Shown: one piece after another, positions 31,071 through 41,798 of the stretch
Layout of the letters: each line of letters opens with the position of its first letter
How positions within the stretch are numbered: the first letter of the stretch is position 1
Source of the DNA: Desulfatiglandales bacterium
Lineage (GTDB): Bacteria > Desulfobacterota > DSM-4660 > Desulfatiglandales > Desulfatiglandaceae
Assembly: GCA_963666345.1 (NCBI GenBank)
Contig: OY762721.1
Coordinates: 640,001 to 704,000 of the forward strand
Direction: 5' to 3'
DNA length: 64,000 nt
Translations under genes and position numbers: made by a program
Notes under the pieces: model-generated
Database searches by the model: none
What the model was told of the DNA's origin: nothing
Seen by the model: only the letters and a program-made list of their open reading frames with translations

Positions 31071-31715
31071 CTATTCACTCTTCGTTTTTTCCGGTAAAAT
31101 CTCACCTTTGAAAATTGTCACCTTTACCCCTATTACCCCATAGGTGGTATAGGCCTGCGCAAACCCGTAATCGATGTCCGCCCTTATGGTATGAAGAGGC
31201 ACTCTACCCTCACGGTACCACTCCCTCCGTGCCATCTCGGCACCTCCAAGCCTTCCGCCGCAGGCAATCTTGATACCCTGCGCACCGAGCCTCATGGCAG
31301 AAGTCACGGCCTTTTTCATAACCCGCCTAAAAGCCATCCTTCTTTCCAGTTGAAGGGCGACATTTTCAGCTACAAGCTGAGCCTCGACCTCCGCCTTTCG
31401 CACTTCCTGGATATCAATAATTATTTCCCGTTTGATTTTCTTTTCAAGCTCGCCTTTAAGCCTTTCGATCTCAGCACCTTTTTTTCCGATGATGATGCCG
31501 GGCCTCGCAGTATGAATCCTAATTCTTACCTTGTTAGCAGCCCTTTCGATTTCAATCTTTGCAACTCCGGCCTGAGACAGCTTTTTCTTTAAAAATTTCC
31601 TTATCTGGAAATCCTCAAGAATAAAATCGCTATACTCCCTTACAGCGAACCACCTGGAATCCCAATCTCTGTGGATCCCCAATCTGAAGCTTATTGGATG
31701 AACCTTTTGTCCCAA
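31071..31715 (-). CDS. rpsC: 30S ribosomal protein S3
   Basis: [29 protein letters not shown] and GRVPLHT motifs. Confidence 0.99.
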   Translation of the reverse strand: MGQKVHPISFRLGIHRDWDSRWFAVREYSDFILEDFQIRKFLKKKLSQAGVAKIEIERAANKVRIRIHTARPGIIIGKKGAEIERLKGELEKKIKREIIIDIQEVRKAEVEAQLVAENVALQLERRMAFRRVMKKAVTSAMRLGAQGIKIACGGRLGGAEMARREWYREGRVPLHTIRADIDYGFAQAYTTYGVIGVKVTIFKGEILPEKTKSE

Positions 31716-31824
31716 TATGCACCTCCAACTAAATCAAACAGTTAATAAAACAACACTACCAAATATATGAATAAGCTACACGGCCCAGAGGACCTTCACG
31801 CCTTTCTTTTGCAATAAACAGATA

Positions 31825-32157
31825 TTACATCTCATCAAGAATCACCGTAAGGTGACTAGTCCTTTTCCTGATTCTCGTGGCACGTCCCTGAGCCCTCGGG
31901 CGCCATCTTTTAAGGGTCGGCCCCTCGTCCCCGAAAATCCTCTTTATATAAAGGGTGTCCACATCAATTCCCCGATTGTTCTCTGCATTGGCCACTGCGG
32001 AATCAATGAGTTTTTTCAAAATGAATGCCCCTTTTTGGGGAGCAAAGGAAAGCATGTGCAATGCATCCTCCACTTTTTTCCCCCTCACCTCATCCATTAT
32101 AAGTCGAATCTTACGGGGCGAAACCCTAACATATTTTGCTGCTGCCTTTATTTCCAT
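31825..32157 (-). CDS. rplV: 50S ribosomal protein L22
   Basis: [16 protein letters not shown] and PRAQGRA..I.KRTSH motifs. Confidence 0.99.
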   Translation of the reverse strand: MEIKAAAKYVRVSPRKIRLIMDEVRGKKVEDALHMLSFAPQKGAFILKKLIDSAVANAENNRGIDVDTLYIKRIFGDEGPTLKRWRPRAQGRATRIRKRTSHLTVILDEM

Positions 32158-32189
32158 TTTTTCTCTTCTACAAAATCCCAGGTGGATAT

Positions 32190-32480
32190 TTATTTCTTCT
32201 TGCCCTTTAGTTTAGACTTTTTATCCCCGGCATGGCCGAAAAATATTCTTGTTGGCGAAAACTCCCCAAGTTTGTGACCAACCATATCCTCAGTCACAAA
32301 AACAGGCAGGAATTTTTTGCCGTTATGAACGGCAAAAGTCAGACCGACGAATTCCGGGAGAATGGTTGATCTGCGCGACCATGTCTTAATAATTTTTCTA
32401 CTCTGGGTCTCACCCGCCTTTTCCACCTTGCTCATCAGGTGTTCATCAACAAAAGGACCCTTCTTCAAAGATCTTGGCAA
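32190..32480 (-). CDS. rpsS: 30S ribosomal protein S19
   Basis: [17 protein letters not shown] and [13 protein letters not shown] motifs. Confidence 0.99.
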   Translation of the reverse strand: MPRSLKKGPFVDEHLMSKVEKAGETQSRKIIKTWSRRSTILPEFVGLTFAVHNGKKFLPVFVTEDMVGHKLGEFSPTRIFFGHAGDKKSKLKGKKK

Positions 32481-32536
32481 ACCTTTTTCCTCCTATGACA
32501 TTTTCCAAATTAGGCACAACCGAAGTCATATCGCCT

Positions 32537-33361
32537 TTACTTGGTTCTCCTTCTAATTATCAGCCTATCACTCGCCTTCTTCACTCTGGTCTTGTAACCC
32601 TTGGTCGGGACTCCCCAAGGCGTTACCGGATGTCGCCCACCGGATGACTTTCCCTCACCGCCTCCATGCGGATGATCTACCGGATTCATGGCCACTCCTC
32701 TGACATGCGGCCTCTTACCAAGCCACCTGTTACGCCCTGCTTTCCCGATGGAGGCCTTCTCATGCTCAAGGTTCCCAACCTGACCGATGGTTGCCTTACA
32801 TTCAAGTCTCACCATCCTCACCTCGCCGGAGGGAAGCTTAATTTGCGCGTACTTACCCTCTTTTGCCATAAGTTGACCATATCCCCCGGCACTTCTGGCA
32901 AGTTGCCCGCCATGCCCGGCATTCAACTCTATATTATGTATATGGCTTCCAAGCGGTATTTCCTTGAGAGGCAACGCATTACCGGTCCTGATTTCGCCAC
33001 CGGTTCCTGACACCACTTTATCACCTACACTCAGCTTATTCGGCGCCAGAATGTAACGTTTTTCCCCATCAACATAGTGCAATAATGCAATATTTGAAGA
33101 GCGGTTCGGATCGTACTCAATCGAAGCAACCTTGGCCGGAATACCGTCTTTGTCCCTCTTAAAATCAATCACACGGTATTTCCTTTTATGGCCTCCACCT
33201 TTATGTCTGCTTGTGACTCGACCCAGCGAATTTCTTCCACCGCTTTTTCTTACAGGTCGCAACAGCCCTTTTTCAGGTTCCTTTTTGGTTATCTCCTCAA
33301 AGCTGGAAGAGGTCTGAAATCTTCTGCCTGGAGAGGTCGGTTTATTTGTCTTTATAGCCAT
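32537..33361 (-). CDS. rplB: 50S ribosomal protein L2
   Basis: PTSPGRR, EYDPNRS and [17 protein letters not shown] motifs. Confidence 0.99.
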   Translation of the reverse strand: MAIKTNKPTSPGRRFQTSSSFEEITKKEPEKGLLRPVRKSGGRNSLGRVTSRHKGGGHKRKYRVIDFKRDKDGIPAKVASIEYDPNRSSNIALLHYVDGEKRYILAPNKLSVGDKVVSGTGGEIRTGNALPLKEIPLGSHIHNIELNAGHGGQLARSAGGYGQLMAKEGKYAQIKLPSGEVRMVRLECKATIGQVGNLEHEKASIGKAGRNRWLGKRPHVRGVAMNPVDHPHGGGEGKSSGGRHPVTPWGVPTKGYKTRVKKASDRLIIRRRTK

Positions 33362-33394
33362 TCCTGTCTCCGCATAAATCTATTTCAACGAAAC

Positions 33395-33682
33395 CTACAT
33401 ACCTTCAAAAAATTCAATCTTCTCATCAGGCTTCAGTTTTACTATGGCCTTTTTCCAATCGGCCCTTTTGCCGAGGCTTTTCCCCATCCTTCGTTTTTTG
33501 CCCCTTACGTTCATAGTCTTCACTTCCACGACCTTCGTCTTTAAAAGGGCCTCAACAGCCCTTCGTATCTCTATCTTGTTCGCTTTTTTATGAACCTTGA
33601 AGGAAACCTGATTAAAGCCCTCTTTTTGAATGTTTGCCTTTTCTGTAATGTGGGGCTCTCTTATAACCTGATAGATATCCAC
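33395..33682 (-). CDS. rplW: 50S ribosomal protein L23
   Basis: P.ITEK, ANKIEI..AVE and WKKAIV motifs. Confidence 0.98.
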   Translation of the reverse strand: MDIYQVIREPHITEKANIQKEGFNQVSFKVHKKANKIEIRRAVEALLKTKVVEVKTMNVRGKKRRMGKSLGKRADWKKAIVKLKPDEKIEFFEGM

Positions 33683-34305
33683 TATGACACCAAAGCCTCC
33701 TGTATCTTTCCAATTACCGATTGCTCAAGGACAAGGTGATCGTGGGTCAAGATATCATACACATTAATTCCCTGAAACCGCATCACCTTTACCCAAGGAA
33801 CATTTTTTGAAGACCTCTCCAAATTTTCCTTCTTTTCTTCAGTTACAATGAGTGCCTTGCGGATCTCAAAATTCCCCATCACCCCCACAAATCCCTTTGT
33901 TTTGATATCAGGCAGGTCAAAACCATCAAGCACAACAAGTCGTTCGCTTTTCACCTTATCACTCAACGCCATACACAACGCCGATTTCCTGATCTTTTTC
34001 GACACCTTTTTCAGGTATTTTCGGGGCTCCGGACCGAATGCTACTCCGCCCCCGACCCTTGTAGGCGATTTTACCGACCCGGCCCTTGCCCTACCCGTGC
34101 CTTTTTGTCTATAGAGCTTGCTTCCGGAACCCCGTATTTCAGACCTACCTTTCACAGCGGAGGTTCCAGACCTTCTCTTTGCCAGCTGACTTACCACAAC
34201 CTGATGGAGAATATGCTTCTTTACAGGCACATTGAATATTTCATCGATAAGTTCTATTTCCGACGTTTTTTCTTTTTCGATATTATATACATCCAGCACA
34301 GCCAT
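33682..34305 (-). CDS. rplD: 50S ribosomal protein L4
   Basis: RQKGTGRARAGS and GGGVAFGP.PR motifs. Confidence 0.98.
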   Translation of the reverse strand: MAVLDVYNIEKEKTSEIELIDEIFNVPVKKHILHQVVVSQLAKRRSGTSAVKGRSEIRGSGSKLYRQKGTGRARAGSVKSPTRVGGGVAFGPEPRKYLKKVSKKIRKSALCMALSDKVKSERLVVLDGFDLPDIKTKGFVGVMGNFEIRKALIVTEEKKENLERSSKNVPWVKVMRFQGINVYDILTHDHLVLEQSVIGKIQEALVS

Positions 34306-34336
34306 CTTGCGCCTCAGACTTTTCTATGTAATAAAT

Positions 34337-34957
34337 TTAGGCCTTACAGATTTCCACAAAGCCGTTTTTACTGCCAGGGACAGCTCCTGCCACCAGAACT
34401 ATATCCATTTCAGGTCTTACATCTACAATTTTAAGGTTTTTAACTGTAACACGTTCATTCCCCATTTGTCCGGGAAGCTTCCTTCCCTTTTGAACCCTGC
34501 CGGGAGAAGCACTGCACCCTATTGAACCGGGTATCCTATGCGATCGGGATCCATGCGTCTTTCTGCCTCCGCCAAAACCCCATCTTTTCATTACCCCGGC
34601 GAACCCCCTACCTTTGCTCGAACCAATAACGGTAACGATATCGCCCGCGCTGAAGATATCCGATTTTATTTCCTGCCCGAGATCAAAGACAGCGGAATCC
34701 TCGACCCTTACTTCGCGCAGGTAGGCAAAGTATCCCTTTCCTGCTGCTTTTTGGTGCCCCTTTATAGGCCTGTTTACCCGATTTTCCTTTTTGGGTCCGT
34801 AACCGATCTGCACCGCATTGTACCCCTCTTTCTCAACACTCTTCTTCTGAGTTACCACGCAGGGTCCAACCTGGAGTATGGTCACAGGGACGCTTTTCCC
34901 CTCTTGGAGAAAATATCTGGTCATGCCCAATTTTTTACCATAAAGCTTATTCAACAT
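34337..34957 (-). CDS. rplC: 50S ribosomal protein L3
   Basis: GKKLGMT, SKGRGFAGVMKRW, HR.PGSIG and GAVPG motifs. ATG start at 34957. Confidence 0.98.
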   Translation of the reverse strand: MLNKLYGKKLGMTRYFLQEGKSVPVTILQVGPCVVTQKKSVEKEGYNAVQIGYGPKKENRVNRPIKGHQKAAGKGYFAYLREVRVEDSAVFDLGQEIKSDIFSAGDIVTVIGSSKGRGFAGVMKRWGFGGGRKTHGSRSHRIPGSIGCSASPGRVQKGRKLPGQMGNERVTVKNLKIVDVRPEMDIVLVAGAVPGSKNGFVEICKA

Positions 34958-34993
34958 CGGAAGATGACTCCATTCTACTCTTGCCACCCAGGA

Positions 34994-35305
34994 TTACAGT
35001 TTTATTTCCACATCAACACCGGCTGCCAGGTCCAGCTTCATAAGTGCGTCGACAGTCTGCTGGGTCGGCTCCAGAATATCCAATAGGCGTTTGTGGGTCC
35101 TTATTTCAAACTGCTCCCTTGACTTCTTGTTAACGTGAGGAGACCTCAAAACACAGTATTTATTTATGACCGTAGGTACCGGAATCGGACCGGCCACTCT
35201 GGCACCGGTCTCCTTGGCAGTTTCAACAATCTCCAGGGCAGACTGATCCAACAACTTGTGATCGTAGGCCTTTAAGCGAATCCGGATTTTCTGATTTGCT
35301 ATCAT
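34994..35305 (-). CDS. rpsJ: 30S ribosomal protein S10
   Basis: [10 protein letters not shown] and [21 protein letters not shown] motifs. Confidence 0.99.
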   Translation of the reverse strand: MIANQKIRIRLKAYDHKLLDQSALEIVETAKETGARVAGPIPVPTVINKYCVLRSPHVNKKSREQFEIRTHKRLLDILEPTQQTVDALMKLDLAAGVDVEIKL

Positions 35306-36525
35306 GCGGATCTCCCCTTATTCTATAATTTCACTGATGACACCTGCGCCAACAGTCCTTCCACCCTCTCGGATAGCAAAATTAAGCTCTTTTTCCATGG
35401 CTATCGGCATAATCAGACTGACTTCAACAGCTACGTTGTCTCCGGGCATCACCATCTCAACTCCCTCAGGCAGCGTAACGACACCTGTAACATCGGTAGT
35501 CCTGAAATAAAACTGCGGCCTGTATCCATTGAAAAACGGCGTATGACGCCCACCCTCTTCCTTGGTCAGAATGTACGCCTCCGCCTTGAATTTGGTATGA
35601 GGGGTTATCGTGGCAGGCTTGGCTACAACCTGACCCCGCTGAACCTCATCCCTCTTAGTACCCCTAAGCAAGACGCCTATATTGTCCCCGGCTTCACCCT
35701 GATCCAGTATCTTCCGAAACATCTCTACACCGGTGCATACCGTTTTGATAGTATCGGTAATACCTACTATCTCTACCTCTTCTCCTACCTTGATCACGCC
35801 TCGCTCAACTCGTCCCGTTACAACAGTACCGCGACCAGAAATAGAAAATACATCCTCAATAGGCATCAAAAACGCCTTGTCGGTATCCCTTACAGGTTCA
35901 GGAACAAATGAGTCCACCGCATCCATAAGCTCAAAGATCGGCTTGGCTTCCTCAGAGTCAGGATCATCACTCTCAAGCGCCTTCAAAGCACTGCCCCTGA
36001 TTATCGGCGTGTCATCACCAGGAAATTCATACTTGGTCAAAAGCTCCCTGAGCTCCAGCTCAACCAGCTCAACCAGCTCCTCATCATCAACCATGTCACA
36101 CTTATTCAAAAATACCACTATGCTCGGCACACCTACCTGCCTGGCAAGCAGTATATGCTCACGCGTCTGAGGCATGGGACCATCATCGGCACCAACTACC
36201 AAAATGGCTCCGTCCATCTGCGCAGCTCCCGTAATCATGTTCTTGATATAATCAGCGTGACCAGGACAATCTACATGTGCATAGTGCCTTTTATCGGTCT
36301 CGTATTCGACATGCGCCGTCGCTATCGTTATCCCCCTGGCCTTCTCCTCCGGAGCCTTGTCTATCTCGTCAAAGGGCACAAAATCCGCCATACCCTTCAT
36401 ACCCAGATGCTTCGTTATAGCCGCCGTCAATGTAGTCTTGCCATGGTCTATATGGCCTATCGTACCTATGTTTACGTGCGGCTTTGTCCTCTCAAATTTT
36501 TTCTTAGACATCTCCTCTCCTCCTC
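35306..36525. repeat. 1220-bp direct repeat (tuf plus flanks), second copy at 49842-51061
   Basis: Identical EF-Tu translation and identical opposite-strand ORF translations; identity runs 12 nt past the stop and 14 nt before the start. Confidence 0.92.
35318..36511 (-). CDS. tuf: Elongation factor Tu (str-operon copy)
   Basis: [21 protein letters not shown] and [13 protein letters not shown] motifs. Confidence 0.99.
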   Translation of the reverse strand: MSKKKFERTKPHVNIGTIGHIDHGKTTLTAAITKHLGMKGMADFVPFDEIDKAPEEKARGITIATAHVEYETDKRHYAHVDCPGHADYIKNMITGAAQMDGAILVVGADDGPMPQTREHILLARQVGVPSIVVFLNKCDMVDDEELVELVELELRELLTKYEFPGDDTPIIRGSALKALESDDPDSEEAKPIFELMDAVDSFVPEPVRDTDKAFLMPIEDVFSISGRGTVVTGRVERGVIKVGEEVEIVGITDTIKTVCTGVEMFRKILDQGEAGDNIGVLLRGTKRDEVQRGQVVAKPATITPHTKFKAEAYILTKEEGGRHTPFFNGYRPQFYFRTTDVTGVVTLPEGVEMVMPGDNVAVEVSLIMPIAMEKELNFAIREGGRTVGAGVISEIIE

Positions 36526-36588
36526 GAAGATTCTTATAAACGGTGCCGTCATGAAATATATTTGACTGCGGTTATTCCAAGCCTCAAT

Positions 36589-37059
36589 CTACCAGCGATA
36601 GTGAGCAAAGGCTTTATTCGCCTCAGCCATTCTATGGGTATCCTCTTTCTTCTTTATAGCCGCGCCTCTTGAATTGGACGCGTCGATAATTTCGCCGGCC
36701 AGTTTTCCATCCATCGTTTTTTCCCCTCTCTGACCGGCAAAGGCGATTATCCATCTGATACCCAGCGCCTGCCGCCTGGAAGGTCTCACCTCGGTAGGCA
36801 CCTGATAGGTAGAACCCCCGACTCTCCTGGATTTTACTTCCACTATAGGCCTTACATTCTCAATAGCCTTCTTGAAGACGCCCAGAGGATCCTGATTCGT
36901 CCTTTCGCTTATCAGATCAAAGGCCTTATAAAGCATTATTTGGGCGATACTTTTTTTCCCATCCTTCATAAGGTTGTTAATGAATTTCGCCACAAGCACG
37001 CTGTCGTACTTTGCATCCGGCGTTATCTTACGTTTGGCGATTACCCTTTTCCTCGACAT
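36589..37059 (-). CDS. rpsG: 30S ribosomal protein S7
   Basis: [15 protein letters not shown] and [15 protein letters not shown] motifs. ATG start at 37059. Confidence 0.99.
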   Translation of the reverse strand: MSRKRVIAKRKITPDAKYDSVLVAKFINNLMKDGKKSIAQIMLYKAFDLISERTNQDPLGVFKKAIENVRPIVEVKSRRVGGSTYQVPTEVRPSRRQALGIRWIIAFAGQRGEKTMDGKLAGEIIDASNSRGAAIKKKEDTHRMAEANKAFAHYRW

Positions 37060-37105
37060 ATAAAGCTCCCAAAATAGAGAAAAATACAATTACGATGAAA
37101 AAAAC

Positions 37106-37483
37106 CTATATGCTTTTAGGCTTTTTCGCACCATATTTAGACCTGCCCTGACGCCTATCTTCCACTCCGGTAGTATCCATTGTCCCTCTGACAATATGAT
37201 ATCTCACGCCTGGCAAATCCTTCACTCTCCCCCCCCTGATAAGAACAACCGAGTGCTCCTGAAGGTTATGACCCATTCCTGGAATATAGGAGGTTACCTC
37301 AATACCGTTTGTCAACCTGACCCTTGCCACCTTTCTAAGGGCGGAGTTCGGTTTTTTGGGCGTAGAGGTGTAAACCCTCACACAAACCCCTCTTTTTTGA
37401 GGAGCACCCTGCAATGCCGGGGTCTTCACTTTCTTCTTTGGTTTACTTCGTGCCTTCCTGACTAGCTGATTTATCGTCGGCAT
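37106..37483 (-). CDS. rpsL: 30S ribosomal protein S12
   Basis: [21 protein letters not shown] and [10 protein letters not shown] motifs. Confidence 0.99.
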   Translation of the reverse strand: MPTINQLVRKARSKPKKKVKTPALQGAPQKRGVCVRVYTSTPKKPNSALRKVARVRLTNGIEVTSYIPGMGHNLQEHSVVLIRGGRVKDLPGVRYHIVRGTMDTTGVEDRRQGRSKYGAKKPKSI

Positions 37484-37564
37484 AGATTCTCCTTATACTT
37501 CCCTACAAGAGCTTCGAAATCAAGGGCATAATCCCTGACAGAAATGTTTTGCACAAAATTCTTT

Positions 37565-37593
37565 TTTTTACTTTTCCAAGCCCCTTCTGTCAA
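37565..37593 (-). promoter_or_regulatory. Sigma70-type promoter for the rpsL operon
   Basis: TTGACA-17 bp-TAAAAA on the minus strand in the rpoC-rpsL gap. Confidence 0.6.
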
Positions 37594-37621
37594 GCTTTTT
37601 TATCTCTGTCTCTCAAAAAAA

Positions 37622-40600
37622 TTAGACCCTCGCGCCGATATCCATATCCCTATAAGATTTCACTCCCGTACCTGCCGGTACAAGGCGCCCCATTATAACA
37701 TTTTCCTTCAAACCTTTCAGATGGTCTACCTTCCCAGCCACGCTTGCATCGGAAAGGACCTTGGTCGTTTCCTGGAAAGATGCCGCTGAGATAAAACTCT
37801 CAGTGCTTAAAGACGCCTTGGTGATACCCAGCAAAAGAGGTTCCGCAGTAGCAGGCGTTCCTCCGGCTTTTACAATTTTTTTGTTTTCATCTTCAAATCG
37901 CCATCTTTCAACATGTTCATCCAGAAGGAACTGGGAATCACCGACGCTGATGACGCTCACCTGCCTGAGCATCTGTCGGACAATGACTTCAATATGCTTG
38001 TCATTTATCTTCACCCCCTGAAGGCGATAAACCTCCTGTACCTCGTTTACCAGATACTTAGCGAGTTCTTTTATTCCTCTTATCTTGAGGATGTCATGAG
38101 GATCGGCGGATCCGTCCATAAGGGCCTCACCGGCCCTCACATAGTCGCCTTCAAGAACGCTCAGGTGTTTACCCCTTGCCATGAAATAATTGACAGGGTC
38201 ACCTATTTCAGGCGTAATAGTCACCTTTCTCTTTCCCTTTGTATATTTACCAAAAGATACGACCCCGTCTATTTCACTTATAATAGCCGTTTCTTTCGGC
38301 TTTCTGACCTCAAAAAGCTCCGCGACCCTGGGCAAACCTCCAGTAATATCCTTTGTCTTGGTTGTCTCTCTTGGTATCTTGGCCAAAACCGCTCCAGGGC
38401 CCACCTTTTCACCCTCATTAACCCTTATAACGGCACCTACAGGGAGCTGATAACGAGCCTTCCCCTTTTCGCTTCCTGATACGCTTGCCGTCTTTCCGCT
38501 CTCATCCTTAATGGAAATTCTGGGCCTGATGTCCAAATCACGGGATTCAACGACTACCCGACTGATTTTACCGGTCACCTGATCGCGCTTTTCCTGTATG
38601 GTGTGTCCTTCGATCACGTCACCAAATTTTACGACACCCGGCACCTCAGTCATAATGGGAATGGTAAAGGGATCCCATTCAGCCAAAATCTGATCCGGTT
38701 TCACCTTCTGTTTGTCCTTAATTTTGAGAGTGGCACCATAGATTATCGGATACCGTTCTACTTCCCTTCCTCCTTTGCCCAGTATGGATACCTCTCCATT
38801 CCGGTTCATAACCACAAGGTTGCCTTCCTCGTTCTCAACGGTCTTCAAGTTTATGAATCTGACCTGTCCTTGATTTCTCGGCTGCATAGTGGATTGTTCC
38901 ACCCGCCTGCTTGCAGTACCACCGATGTGAAAGGTTCTCATGGTCAGCTGGGTACCTGGTTCACCAATTGACTGAGCCGCGATTATTCCTACAGCTTCAC
39001 CGATATTAACCTCATGACCGTGCGCAAGATCCCTTCCATAACACTTCTTGCATACTCCCAGCTTGGATTCGCAGGTAAGCGCCGACCTTATCAGCACCCT
39101 TTCAATTCCCGCCCCCTCGATCTTTTTCACCTTGTCCTCGGTAATCTCCTCGTTGGCACCGACGAGCAGGTCTCCGGTTACCGGGTCATAAACATCTTGA
39201 AGAGTCGTCCTGCCAAGCACACGCTCCCCCACCCTCTGGAGTATTTCACCTCCCTCCACAAGGGCGTCCACCCAGATCCCGTCCATGGTTCGGCAATCAT
39301 CTTCCGTAATGATCGCATCCTGAGATACATCCACCAATCTCCTTGTCAGATAACCTGAGTTTGCAGTCTTTAATGCGGTATCTGCCAGGCCCTTTCTGGC
39401 CCCGTGCGTGGAAATAAAATATTGCAGTACCGTGAGGCCTTCGCGAAAATTGGATGTGATAGGAGTCTCAATAATTTCACCTGAGGGCTTTGCCATCAAT
39501 CCTCTCATGCCGGCAAGCTGTCGCATCTGATCTTTACTTCCCCTCGCCCCGGAATCGGACATCATGTAAATCGCATTGAAACTGGATGAGCTCTTGGTCT
39601 TTCCCTCCGGAGAAACGAAGCTCTCTTTAGCCAACTCGTTCATCATTTCAGAAGCGACATCCTCTGTTGACTGGGCCCAGATATCGACCACTTTATTATA
39701 TTTCTCGCCATCGGTGATAAGGCCACTGGTGTACTGATCGCCGATTTTTTTGACCTCACTCTCAGCCTGATCAATGATACTATTCTTCTTATAAGGTATT
39801 ATCATATCCTTCATGGCGATAGACGTGCCTGACATAGTCGCATGCTTGTAACCTATGTCTTTGAGTCTATCTGCCAATATGACGGTTGCTTTAACCCCGG
39901 CCATCCGATACGACTCGTTTATGAGATTACGCAATTCCTTTTTTGTCATCACCCTGTTGATTGAGGAAAAAGGAATTCCTTCGGGCAGGATTTCGGAAAG
40001 GATAATCCTGCCTGTGGTGGTTTCAACGATATCGCCATCGTTCCTCACTTTAATCGAGGCGTGAAGATCCAGTTCACCGGAATCATAGGCGATCCGCACC
40101 TCATTAGGGCCGGAAAAGACTTTGCCCTCACCTTTACAAAAAGGCCTTTCCCTTGTCATGTAATATATTCCTAGCACGATATCCTGGCTGGGCACTATAA
40201 TAGGATCACCGTTGGCCGGAGATAATATATTGTTTGTTGACATCATCAAGACCCTGGCCTCTATCTGGGCCTCAATTGAAAGCGGCACGTGAACGGCCAT
40301 TTGGTCACCGTCGAAATCCGCGTTAAAGGCTGTACACACAAGCGGATGAAGCTGGATAGCCTTTCCTTCGATAAGAATGGGCTCAAAGGCCTGCATACCC
40401 AACCGATGCAGTGTAGGTGCCCTGTTCAGTATGATGCAGTACTCTCTTACCACATCATCAAGGGCGTCCCAAACTTCGGAAGTCTCCCTTTCAACCAGTT
40501 TTTTGGCACTTTTAATGGTAGTTACAAGACCCTTTTCATCCAGTTTGTTGTAAATAAAGGGCTTAAAAAGTTCCAGGGCCATCTTTTTAGGAAGCCCGCA

Positions 40601-41695
40601 TTGATGAAGCCTCAGATTTGGTCCTACCACGATGACCGAACGCCCCGAATAGTCAACTCGTTTACCTAGGAGATTTTGCCTGAATCTACCCTGTTTTCCC
40701 TTCAGCATATCGCTTAGTGATTTGAAGGGTCTCTTATTTGCCCCGGTAACGACCTTTCCCCTCCTGCCGTTGTCAAAAAGGACATCCACGGCTTCCTGAA
40801 GCATCCTCTTTTCATTGCGGACGATTATATCCGGCGCACTGAGCTCCAAAAGCCTTTCCAATCTGTTATTACGATTTATTACCCTTCGGTATAAATCATT
40901 CAGATCAGATGTGGCAAAACGCCCACCGTCGAGTGGAACAAGCGGCCTGAGGTCGGGAGGCAACACAGGTACGGCGTTCATTATCAGCCATTCAGGTTTA
41001 TTTTTTGATTCCTTGAAAGCGTCAATTATCTTGAGGCGCTTGGCAAGCTTCTTTCTTTTTGCCTCCGAACGAGCCCCGATCATCTCAACCCTGAGTGAAT
41101 TGGACAAATCATCTAAATCAAGGCCTTTGAGCATTTTTTGAATCGCCTCGGCCCCAATGCCGGCCTCGAATTTATCCCCGTAGTCTTCTCTTGCCTGAAT
41201 AAGCTGCTCATCGGTTAAGATGGTCCCGTTTGAAATGGGCGTATCTTTTCCATCTATGACTATATAGCATTCAAAATACAGTACCCGTTCCAGATCCTTT
41301 AATGTCAAGTCGAGGAGATTTCCTACCTTTGAAGGAAGACACTTTAGGAACCATATGTGAGCGACAGGCGCTGCAAGTTCTATGTGCCCCATCCGTTCCC
41401 TACGGACCTTGGACTGGATTACCTCCACACCGCACTTTTCGCAAACGATTCCACGGTGCTTCATCCTCTTGTACTTGCCGCAATTGCACTCATAGTCCTT
41501 TATCGGCCCAAATATTTTTGAACAAAAAAGCCCATCCCTTTCGGGCTTGAAGGTCCTGTAATTAATTGTCTCCGGCTTCTTGACTTCGCCGAAAGACCAT
41601 TCCCTGATTTTCTCGGGTGATGCCAGCGATATCCTTACAGCGTTAAAACTTGATGGATCCTTCGGCTTTGTAAAGAAACTGTATAATTCTTCCAA
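37622..41695 (-). CDS. rpoC: RNA polymerase beta' subunit
   Basis: [12 protein letters not shown] catalytic motif, Zn-binding CNCGKYK..CEKC and [13 protein letters not shown]. Confidence 0.99.
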   Translation of the reverse strand: MEELYSFFTKPKDPSSFNAVRISLASPEKIREWSFGEVKKPETINYRTFKPERDGLFCSKIFGPIKDYECNCGKYKRMKHRGIVCEKCGVEVIQSKVRRERMGHIELAAPVAHIWFLKCLPSKVGNLLDLTLKDLERVLYFECYIVIDGKDTPISNGTILTDEQLIQAREDYGDKFEAGIGAEAIQKMLKGLDLDDLSNSLRVEMIGARSEAKRKKLAKRLKIIDAFKESKNKPEWLIMNAVPVLPPDLRPLVPLDGGRFATSDLNDLYRRVINRNNRLERLLELSAPDIIVRNEKRMLQEAVDVLFDNGRRGKVVTGANKRPFKSLSDMLKGKQGRFRQNLLGKRVDYSGRSVIVVGPNLRLHQCGLPKKMALELFKPFIYNKLDEKGLVTTIKSAKKLVERETSEVWDALDDVVREYCIILNRAPTLHRLGMQAFEPILIEGKAIQLHPLVCTAFNADFDGDQMAVHVPLSIEAQIEARVLMMSTNNILSPANGDPIIVPSQDIVLGIYYMTRERPFCKGEGKVFSGPNEVRIAYDSGELDLHASIKVRNDGDIVETTTGRIILSEILPEGIPFSSINRVMTKKELRNLINESYRMAGVKATVILADRLKDIGYKHATMSGTSIAMKDMIIPYKKNSIIDQAESEVKKIGDQYTSGLITDGEKYNKVVDIWAQSTEDVASEMMNELAKESFVSPEGKTKSSSSFNAIYMMSDSGARGSKDQMRQLAGMRGLMAKPSGEIIETPITSNFREGLTVLQYFISTHGARKGLADTALKTANSGYLTRRLVDVSQDAIITEDDCRTMDGIWVDALVEGGEILQRVGERVLGRTTLQDVYDPVTGDLLVGANEEITEDKVKKIEGAGIERVLIRSALTCESKLGVCKKCYGRDLAHGHEVNIGEAVGIIAAQSIGEPGTQLTMRTFHIGGTASRRVEQSTMQPRNQGQVRFINLKTVENEEGNLVVMNRNGEVSILGKGGREVERYPIIYGATLKIKDKQKVKPDQILAEWDPFTIPIMTEVPGVVKFGDVIEGHTIQEKRDQVTGKISRVVVESRDLDIRPRISIKDESGKTASVSGSEKGKARYQLPVGAVIRVNEGEKVGPGAVLAKIPRETTKTKDITGGLPRVAELFEVRKPKETAIISEIDGVVSFGKYTKGKRKVTITPEIGDPVNYFMARGKHLSVLEGDYVRAGEALMDGSADPHDILKIRGIKELAKYLVNEVQEVYRLQGVKINDKHIEVIVRQMLRQVSVISVGDSQFLLDEHVERWRFEDENKKIVKAGGTPATAEPLLLGITKASLSTESFISAASFQETTKVLSDASVAGKVDHLKGLKENVIMGRLVPAGTGVKSYRDMDIGARV

Positions 41696-41798
41696 TGCCT
41701 CTCTCCTTTACTAGCTCTTATTTACCAAAGATATGCATACATCTGTCGATACAGCAGTCTTTTTTAATAAGAGCTAAAAGATGTTTCCTGCAATTCCC

